Part shown: piece after piece, positions 57,718 through 64,000 of the stretch | Position numbering within the stretch: position 1 is the first letter of the stretch | Layout: every line of letters starts with the position of its first letter | Assembly (NCBI GenBank): GCA_049594615.1 | Contig: JBMYJR010000002.1 | Span: 39,028 to 103,027 of the forward strand | Origin: Flavobacteriales bacterium | Lineage (GTDB): Bacteria; Bacteroidota; Bacteroidia; Flavobacteriales_D; Sanyastnellaceae | Direction of reading: 5' to 3' | DNA: 64,000 nt | Notes under the pieces: model-generated | The model's database searches: none | What the model was told of the DNA's origin: nothing | What the model saw: the letters and a program-made list of their open reading frames with translations, nothing else | Made by a program: the position numbers and the translations under genes

Positions 57718-57795
57718 GCGGGGGGGTAAGTTGTTCCTATAGGCACACGCGTGTGCGCTTATAGGTGTGCGAATCCACCAAAATTCAGGGCAAAC

Positions 57796-57820
57796 AAAAA
57801 CCGCCCCGTTGGGCGGTTTT
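57796..57820. terminator. Bidirectional terminator between the convergent kinase and regulator genes
   Basis: aaaaccgccc-cgtt-gggcggtttt is a perfect 10-bp stem whose A/T arms give a U-tract on both strands. Confidence 0.75.
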
Positions 57821-58007
57821 GATAGGAGCAATGCTTTGTTGAAAGGGTTGTTTCAGGATAAGTGTCGTCGTCGAGATCCTTGCATTGTCCCAAGGGGTTT
57901 AGTTTATCAGTCTACGGGTCAAAGATGCGATGGTGTCACCACTTGGAGAATCACCATTATTGGTGAATCTTCCATTTGTTGGAACATAGGGCCGGATTGT
58001 TATCAAA

Positions 58008-58832
58008 TCAGACGAGGCCGTTTCGCACGGCAAAGGCGGCGACTTCGGCACTGTTCTTCAGACCTGTTTTCACCTTGATGTTCTTGCGGTGCGAGTGGAC
58101 GGTTTCAATGGAGATGAACAAGCCGTCGGCAATCTCTTGGCTGCTTTTGCCTTGGGCAACGAGCTTAAGGATTTCCAACTCACGCTTGCCGAGCGAGAAG
58201 CGCTCCATGAAGTTGTCCTTAAGTTGGCTGTCCATGCCCAAGTCTACGTCGTATCCGTGCTCTTCCAGGTGGTTGATTTGAGGCATGGCCACCGGTTGGT
58301 TTTGGGCCACCTTCTGCAACACAGTGATCAGGTCCTGTTGGCTGGTGTTTTTGAGCAGATACGCGGCAATGTTCAGCTTTTTGAGCCCCTTGCGAATGCG
58401 AGCATCGCGATACATCGAGAGCACCACAATGCGCAAATCGGGAAAGTCCCGGCGGATCTCGGTGAGCATGTCCAGGCCGTTAAGGCCGGGCATGTTGAGG
58501 TCGGTGAGCAGGATGTCAGGACGCTTTTCGTGCAACAGAGAAAGCGATTCGCGGCTGTTGGAAGCCACGCCGGTAACTTCAATCCCGCCCTGGCCCTGCA
58601 GCATGTTTTGCAAGCCTTGCACCACAATTTGGTGGTCGTCTGCGAGGACTACGCGGATTTCAGGTGGTGCAACATCTGGGTTTTCATGATCCATGCTGGC
58701 CGGTACTTGTTCCCAAATATATCTGCTGTCTTCCAGTTGTTGTTTGCGGTAAAATTTCCGCTTAGGAGAAGTTGAAGACGATTCTTCGCTGGAAGCTGCA
58801 GAGGCAGAGGTAGGGGCCGAGGAGTTTTTCAT
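58008..58832 (-). CDS. LuxR/NarL family response regulator with Ser-rich N-terminal extension
   Basis: REC domain IRVVLADDHQIVVQGL...DILLTDLNMPGLNG. LuxR HTH: LGKRELEILKLVAQGKSSQEIADGLFISIETVHSHRKNI. Start ATG 58832 overlaps the upstream stop (ATGA). An alternative start lies at 58694. Confidence 0.85.
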   Translation of the reverse strand: MKNSSAPTSASAASSEESSSTSPKRKFYRKQQLEDSRYIWEQVPASMDHENPDVAPPEIRVVLADDHQIVVQGLQNMLQGQGGIEVTGVASNSRESLSLLHEKRPDILLTDLNMPGLNGLDMLTEIRRDFPDLRIVVLSMYRDARIRKGLKKLNIAAYLLKNTSQQDLITVLQKVAQNQPVAMPQINHLEEHGYDVDLGMDSQLKDNFMERFSLGKRELEILKLVAQGKSSQEIADGLFISIETVHSHRKNIKVKTGLKNSAEVAAFAVRNGLV

Positions 58833-59122
58833 GAAGCCAGCGAGATTGTTTTTTCAAAATCGTCCAACTGCAGGCGGAGTAGTTTGCCTTCCGGGTATCC
58901 TCCGGTGTAGAATTCCATCAAGCCAGCATCCAAAGCATCTAGGTCTTGGTAGGTCTGGGTGTAAATGGGGGACAGCTGCTCGTTGAGAATGGTGAGTTGG
59001 AACTGGGCAATGCGCTCGCGGATACCTGACAACTTGATGAAGGTGCCTGGGCGGTTGTTCGGATCCTCCCCGAGGAGGATGAACATGTTGTGTGGTGAGA
59101 ACGAAACAAAAATGTTTTGCAT
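58829..59122 (-). CDS. Hypothetical 97-aa protein translationally coupled to the response regulator
   Basis: ORF with good GC3 and an ATGA overlap with the regulator start. I recognise no motif in it. Confidence 0.5.
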   Translation of the reverse strand: MQNIFVSFSPHNMFILLGEDPNNRPGTFIKLSGIRERIAQFQLTILNEQLSPIYTQTYQDLDALDAGLMEFYTGGYPEGKLLRLQLDDFEKTISLAS

Positions 59123-59180
59123 AACGAGCCATCCAGCGATTGCCTCAAGTAACTGTTAATCTTTTCGGCGTTCATTATCC

Positions 59181-59217
59181 AAAACCGGGAAAAATGGCGG
59201 CCAAAAGGCCGCCATTT
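59181..59217 (-). terminator. Orphan rho-independent terminator inside a divergent intergenic region
   Basis: aaatggcggcc-aaaa-ggccgccattt (11-bp stem). On the minus strand it is followed by tttttcccggtttt. Confidence 0.6.
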
Positions 59218-59355
59218 CTATGGTGGTCAACAGTAGCTCAAGTTTTGCCGAATGCAGAGTTCGACAAACGTGTGAACCGCTAATGTTTAGTGTGAGTCAA
59301 AGTTCGCGCGCGAAGTTGGATTGGGCGCTCCCCATTTCTGGTTAATTTTTCGACT

Positions 59356-60045
59356 ATGAGCAGACAGCACCTTGTGGTTCTAACCGGCGCAGGCATCAGC
59401 GCCGAGAGTGGCATCCCGACTTTCAGAGGGTCGGATGGCCTCTGGGAGGGACACGACATTTACCAAGTGGCCTCTCCAGAGGGGTGGGCGGCCGACCCCA
59501 AGCTCGTGCTGGACTTCTACAACATGCGCCGCGAAAAAGTGCTCGAGGTGGCTCCCAACCCCGGTCATCACATTCTGGCTGAGCTGGAAGCGCATTTCCA
59601 CCTGGACATCATCACCCAAAACATCGATGACTTGCACGAACGCGCAGGATCCACCCGCATCATGCATCTCCACGGTGAAATCCGCAAAGCGCGTAGCACG
59701 TGCAATCCCGATTGGGTGCAAGAGATCGAAGGACCTCATTTGAATTGGGGAGAGGTGTGTCCAGAGGGCAGTCAATTGCGCCCACACATCGTGTGGTTCG
59801 GAGAGGCTGTACCTTTGATTGAGCCTGCAGCAGCGCTAGTGGCAGCCGCCGATATATTTGTGGTAGTGGGTACCTCGCTCAATGTGTATCCGGCCGCAGG
59901 ACTGTTCCAAGTGGCCCGTCCCGAAATTCCCAAGTACATCATCGACCCTGCGGTGCCTGAAGTCACTGGGGTGCAAAACCTTACAGCCATCGAAGAGGTG
60001 GGGTCACGCGGGTTGGCGCAGCTACGTCAGCTGTTGCTTACATGA
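59356..60045 (+). CDS. cobB: NAD-dependent protein deacylase (Sir2/CobB family)
   Basis: GAGISAESGIPTFRG, ITQNIDDLHERAG, HLHGE, VWFGE, VVGTSLNVYPAA. Confidence 0.85.
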   Translation: MSRQHLVVLTGAGISAESGIPTFRGSDGLWEGHDIYQVASPEGWAADPKLVLDFYNMRREKVLEVAPNPGHHILAELEAHFHLDIITQNIDDLHERAGSTRIMHLHGEIRKARSTCNPDWVQEIEGPHLNWGEVCPEGSQLRPHIVWFGEAVPLIEPAAALVAAADIFVVVGTSLNVYPAAGLFQVARPEIPKYIIDPAVPEVTGVQNLTAIEEVGSRGLAQLRQLLLT

Positions 60046-62245
60046 CGTCCTGCCCAAAATTGGCCAGGATCATCAGCAAGTCATCGGTACCCACGGTGGT
60101 GTTGAAATTGAAGTCGCTTTCGTAGCAGTCGGGTTCAAAGATGTTGCACCCAAAGTCAGCGATTACATTCAATATATCAGCGGTCCCAATCATACCGTCA
60201 CCCGACACGTCGATCACCACCAGTTCTTCCAACACCTCCACATCGCGCTGGACTGAAACGCTCCAGTTGCCTTCTGCGTCTTGCACGCGCACAGTGATGG
60301 TGTGTGCGCCCAACTCCAAGCCTTCCGCAGGTGGCATCATGTTGAAGTAGGCCGTCCAATCGGTCAGGGTCTCGCCGGGCACGTCCAATGGGGTGGCGTT
60401 GCCATATCCGGGGTCGTCTTCGTCCCAGTAGTACTCCAGTCCTGAAATGGAGAGTTCAATTGGAGTGTCCACCAGGTACACCCCAGTGCTATAGGTCACG
60501 CTGAAATTGCCTTCCACATCACGCGTGCGCACAAAAAGTGTGTGTTGCCCTGGGTTCAATCCAGAGAAGGGAATGAAGGCGTCAAAGACCTCGTCAAAGG
60601 TCAGCGTGCTACCACCGTCTATGATGAAGGTCTCTTGGCCGTAACCTGGGTCGTGGTCAAAGAAGGCGTGGACTCCGGCCAGCGGTACTTCTGGGGCAGG
60701 AGCGTCCAAGAGCAGTACTTCGGTGCCATAGGTGACGCTGGGGTTGCCGGCGACATCGTATGTGCGCACAAACAGACGGTGCAGGCCCGGTTGAAAGTCA
60801 GTTTCGGGAACAATGACTTGCTGCACAGTCACGTTGGTCAGATCGTCGTCGTCGTCTGCACCGGTGGCAAAAACGGTGATCAATTCTTGGCCATAGCCGG
60901 GGTCATCATCCCAGAAATACACAAAGCGATCAATGTCAATGGCAGGCAGTTGCGGCAGTTTGGTGACCTCGGTTTCCACCGGGATGCTCCAATTGCCGTT
61001 GGCATCGAGCACCTGTACGGTTAACACATGAGGGCCAGGAGGCAAACCCACCAGCGAAATGCTGAATGGAAAACTGATCTCAGTGTTTGGTTGGGGCATC
61101 TCCAGGACAAACCCAGGAGTTGCCGTGGGGTCATTGTTCACCCCATATGTCACTGCTACTATGGGCACATCGTCGGGAGAAATGGCCTCAACCACAATGG
61201 GGACTACGCAGCTTCCGCGGTCGTCTGGAGTCACTTCCAGGCCCACGATTTCAGGCAGGGTGGAGCTGCCACCAGGTACGTACGAAGGAATCTCCACCGT
61301 GTATGCTCCGCGGTTGTCTCCGTTAGAGGCCGTGCCAATGGCAGAGGATGAATTCTCGGGAATATAGGCTTGATCCGGGGTGGTCGGCATACCCACAAAG
61401 AAGGCACTCATATCTACGTCGAAGAAGTTATCGGCGCCGGGATTTAGGATGTCGGTAACGTCATTGTCGCTTCCGTCAGGAGCGACGGACAGGGCGATGC
61501 CTGCCTGCGAGAAGATGGAGGTTTGCACCTGCACATTGGCCGTGCTTTCCAACAAGGCAGCGGTAAAGATGCTGTTGAACACCATGGCCTGTTGCAACAG
61601 CACTGAGCCTTGCGCAAACACCATGTGATCAAACAGGTTGGTACCGTTGGCATTGAACTCTTCTATGGCGCGCTGGTTCAAGAATCCCGTGCCTGAATAA
61701 ACGCCTTGAATGATGGTGTTTTGCACCATGCAGTTGTCGGCCCCAATCAATTGCAGGGAGGGGAGGTTTTCAAATTCTTGCTCCAAGAAGCAGCCGAACA
61801 CGTTGCAGTTGCCCACGTTTTGCAGCCGCAAGTGACGGACGCGCGAGTGATTCACGTCCACATCGCTGGCACCTACTTGCAATCGGTAGATGTCCAGGTT
61901 CCCGAGGTGACTGCCGGTGGCTGTCGAGGTCAAGGTCAGTCGGCGAATCCGGGCGTCTGAGCTGGACAGCCCTGAGCCCAAACTACCGTTAAAGTAGCCA
62001 TTGCCCAAGATGACCACCGGGGTAGAGATCACCGCCGGCGCAAAGCCATACAACGAGTCCAAGGTGGTAAATCCAGGGTCGTAGTAGCCTTCGATCAACA
62101 AGGTGTCGCCCGCCTCGGCTGCGTCGTGCGCCGTTTGGACATCGTTGTAAGTGGCGGTGGTGCCCGGTAGGTTGCTGACCCTGTGCACGGTTCCCCATGC
62201 GCCCAAGGCCACCAAGCAGGTAAGAAGGGTTGTAAGCAATCGCAT
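60038..62245 (-). CDS. Secreted right-handed beta-helix protein with 4 tandem ~85-aa repeats and dockerin-like C-terminus
   Basis: Signal peptide MRLLTTLLTCLVALGAWG. N-terminal block HRVSNLPGTTATYNDVQTAHDAAEAGDTLLIEG plus parallel beta-helix-like N/V/I-rich rungs. Repeats carry the YFWDDDPGYG motif. Tail: VSGDGMIGTADILNVIADFGC...TVGTDDLLMILANFGQDVM*. Confidence 0.7.
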   Translation of the reverse strand: MRLLTTLLTCLVALGAWGTVHRVSNLPGTTATYNDVQTAHDAAEAGDTLLIEGYYDPGFTTLDSLYGFAPAVISTPVVILGNGYFNGSLGSGLSSSDARIRRLTLTSTATGSHLGNLDIYRLQVGASDVDVNHSRVRHLRLQNVGNCNVFGCFLEQEFENLPSLQLIGADNCMVQNTIIQGVYSGTGFLNQRAIEEFNANGTNLFDHMVFAQGSVLLQQAMVFNSIFTAALLESTANVQVQTSIFSQAGIALSVAPDGSDNDVTDILNPGADNFFDVDMSAFFVGMPTTPDQAYIPENSSSAIGTASNGDNRGAYTVEIPSYVPGGSSTLPEIVGLEVTPDDRGSCVVPIVVEAISPDDVPIVAVTYGVNNDPTATPGFVLEMPQPNTEISFPFSISLVGLPPGPHVLTVQVLDANGNWSIPVETEVTKLPQLPAIDIDRFVYFWDDDPGYGQELITVFATGADDDDDLTNVTVQQVIVPETDFQPGLHRLFVRTYDVAGNPSVTYGTEVLLLDAPAPEVPLAGVHAFFDHDPGYGQETFIIDGGSTLTFDEVFDAFIPFSGLNPGQHTLFVRTRDVEGNFSVTYSTGVYLVDTPIELSISGLEYYWDEDDPGYGNATPLDVPGETLTDWTAYFNMMPPAEGLELGAHTITVRVQDAEGNWSVSVQRDVEVLEELVVIDVSGDGMIGTADILNVIADFGCNIFEPDCYESDFNFNTTVGTDDLLMILANFGQDVM
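60230..61168 (-). repeat. Four tandem ~85-aa domain repeats (YFWDxDPGYG ... GxHxLxVRxxDxxGNWS)
   Basis: FVYFWDDDPGYGQE...GLHRLFVRTYDVAGNPS; HAFFDHDPGYGQE...GQHTLFVRTRDVEGNFS; LEYYWDEDDPGYGNA...GAHTITVRVQDAEGNWS; and a degenerate first copy ...GPHVLTVQVLDANGNWS. Confidence 0.8.
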
Positions 62246-62254
62246 GGGACCGGG

Positions 62255-63331
62255 TTACTTGTGGGTTCTTGACTTGGTTTCCGAGGAGGTACCGCTGCCG
62301 GAAGTTCCCGAGGCATTGCCGGTATACTCGTACACCGAAGGTATGCGCGGCATGCCCGAGAGCAAGTACGGATCGTTGCCGCCGTACATGCCATGGGTAG
62401 TGATGACCCCATTGAAAATGGGGTTACCCGAGGCTGGCATGTATCCACCTGTGTTGGTCTGGTAGCGTCCGTCCGAAGACAGCGTCCCTGGAATGGCCGA
62501 ACTAAAACAAAAGACCGAATCGGGGATGGCCAAGGGGGCCGAGTCTCCACCTGCCGAGGTGAACAGGAAATTGACGGGCAGCACACCCGCATTGTCTGAA
62601 ACCGTGAGGTTGGATGACGTAGTGGTGAGGTCAAATTCAGAGCTGTTGAAATAGTTGCCTTGCACCGTCAAGTTGTGGAACACGTTGTCAGGATCGCCCC
62701 AAAAGCTGTTGTAGAGCAGGATGCCCGATGAGGTATTGTCCATCACCATATTGCCAGCACCAGCTGCGTCGGTGTTGAAGACCAGGTTGTTGATGAATAC
62801 CAGACCGGTCGCACCTGTAACGGTCACCAAAGCGGTGGACGAGGCGCCCTCAATAAAGTTCTTGCTGGCCGTGCAGTTGTTGCCTTCAATGTTCAGCTCC
62901 AGCAGGATCTTGTTTTTGCTGACGGTGATGTTGTTCGTCTCCACACTCAAGGTCGAGATTTTGACCCCGTAGACCTCAGAGTTCTCACTGCCAGGGCCAA
63001 AAGTGAGGCTGGTGATTTCGCTGTCGCGGGTATCGGCCTGGGTTTGAGGATTTTCGTCCAAGTAGTAGCCGGTGCCGTAGATGATCACGGGAAAGTCGAA
63101 GACGAACGAGGTGGCCGGATCGTATAGCGTGTTGGAACCTTCTACAATGAAGATGGCTTCTTGGGTGGGGTCACCCAAATAGGCGGCCTGCGCCTGGTTG
63201 AAGGCATCCTGGAAGGATGAAAAGATGTTGGTGCCGCTCAAGTTGTTGTTGATGCGGTAGTAGGTTTGGGCAGCAGCCAGTGACGAAACCAGCACCGCTG
63301 CCACCATGGGCAAGAGGTGAGTTGCTTTCAC
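62255..63331 (-). CDS. Secreted right-handed beta-helix protein, shorter paralog of the downstream gene
   Basis: With GTG 63331 the N-terminus is MKATHLLPMVAAVLVSSLAAAQ, a signal peptide. YYRINNNLSGTNIFSSFQDAFNQAQ...IFIVEG and PVIIYGTGYYLDEN parallel the neighbour's HRVSNLPG...LLIEG and PVVILGNGYFNGS. The track start at 63469 adds a non-signal leader. Confidence 0.6.
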   Translation of the reverse strand: MKATHLLPMVAAVLVSSLAAAQTYYRINNNLSGTNIFSSFQDAFNQAQAAYLGDPTQEAIFIVEGSNTLYDPATSFVFDFPVIIYGTGYYLDENPQTQADTRDSEITSLTFGPGSENSEVYGVKISTLSVETNNITVSKNKILLELNIEGNNCTASKNFIEGASSTALVTVTGATGLVFINNLVFNTDAAGAGNMVMDNTSSGILLYNSFWGDPDNVFHNLTVQGNYFNSSEFDLTTTSSNLTVSDNAGVLPVNFLFTSAGGDSAPLAIPDSVFCFSSAIPGTLSSDGRYQTNTGGYMPASGNPIFNGVITTHGMYGGNDPYLLSGMPRIPSVYEYTGNASGTSGSGTSSETKSRTHK

Positions 63332-63465
63332 AGGATTGGTTTTTTGGTTGAGTATGGTGAGTCCAAGATACGCGGAATCCTCTTGGGGGTAGCTGTTGGG
63401 CCATTGGATTGCGAATTTGGTCGCCTCAAGTGAGGATTTGGCAGCAGGCCGCCCGTAAGCGGCGA

Positions 63466-64000
63466 TCACATCTTGGCCTCAAACACCACATTCTGACGAA
63501 TCAGGCGTGCAAACGCGGTGTTGGGCTGGCTCAAATCGCCGTTTTGGGCGTAGTCGGGCGCAAAACCGTTGACGAAGTACATCTCCAAGTCCCCCATGTT
63601 TTTGGCAGCCACGGCCCCTCGTACTTCAACGTCAAAGAAAGGAGCCACCATGTCATAGGTAGCCGCCGAAATGTTCACGCGGCCCGGTGCACCGCTGGAT
63701 TCCATCCGCGAGGCAGTGTTGACCGTATCGCCCCAGACGTCGTAGGCAAACTTATTCTTGCCCACCACACCTGCAATGGCAGGTCCGGAATGGATGCCAA
63801 TCCGAATGGGCCAGGTGGCCAACCCTTCTGCGGTGAGTTCGGTGTTGAGCGCATCGGTGATCCGCAGCATTTCCAGGCCAAAGGCCACCAACCGGGCGGC
63901 GTGCTGATCGGTGGGATTTGGGATGCCTGCGGCGCACATGTACGCGTCGCCGATGGTTTTGATCTTCTCCAGCCCATAGCGGATGGCTGCGTCGTCAAAC
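63466..64000 (-). CDS. Class III adenylate/guanylate cyclase catalytic domain protein; 5' end runs off the window
   Basis: Reading upstream of the track ORF gives ...FDDAAIRYGLEKIKTIGDAYMCAAGIP, followed by RIGIHSGPAIAGVVGKNKFAYDVWGDTVNTASRMES. These are hallmark class III cyclase motifs. Confidence 0.85.
   Translation of the reverse strand, partial: FDDAAIRYGLEKIKTIGDAYMCAAGIPNPTDQHAARLVAFGLEMLRITDALNTELTAEGLATWPIRIGIHSGPAIAGVVGKNKFAYDVWGDTVNTASRMESSGAPGRVNISAATYDMVAPFFDVEVRGAVAAKNMGDLEMYFVNGFAPDYAQNGDLSQPNTAFARLIRQNVVFEAKM

Overview
Chromosomal segment from a moderately GC-rich, Bacteroidota-type genome. Lineage evidence: T9SS type A and type B C-terminal sorting domains, an S46 peptidase, DUF5606, a TPR/HisKA_3 kinase, starts without Shine-Dalgarno sequences, and a TAnnTTTG-like promoter box. 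I support 47 protein-coding genes. Two of them run off the window edges and are missing from the supplied ORF track; I translated those by hand. I saw no rRNA, tRNA, CRISPR array, transposase or integrase. Housekeeping blocks: ltaE; prfC; parE-parC; a GH13 amylase-mgsA-prmC operon; amn-holA; a ccmBCDEF cytochrome c maturation operon followed by a DUF2520 gene and kdsC; and two sensor kinases with a LuxR-type regulator. The unusual content is a dense set of large secreted proteins. These include a bacterial lysyl oxidase homolog with all catalytic residues, an LTD-CotH protein, a reprolysin-like metalloprotease, two sortilin-like BNR propellers, a PQQ sugar dehydrogenase and two beta-helix proteins. 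Five of them carry Cys-bracketed dockerin-like EF-hand segments (C-terminal in four, internal in the lysyl oxidase), usually preceded by a 27-aa Cys-rich repeat (GCTDxxACNYDxxAxxDDGSCE). The lysyl oxidase protein alone combines a dockerin-like pair, a cohesin-like module and a T9SS type A anchor. My main hypothesis is an undescribed non-cellulosomal cohesin-dockerin-type surface enzyme assembly, or alternatively a new C-terminal sorting tag, layered on T9SS. Secondary observations: a variant System I ccm operon with a CxxxY CcmE; a small ORF between the two kinase genes with an apparent -1 frameshift; an orphan terminator suggesting an sRNA; and a 0.8-kb gene-poor spacer ending in a strong terminator. 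All domain calls come from motif recognition by eye. No database search was run.
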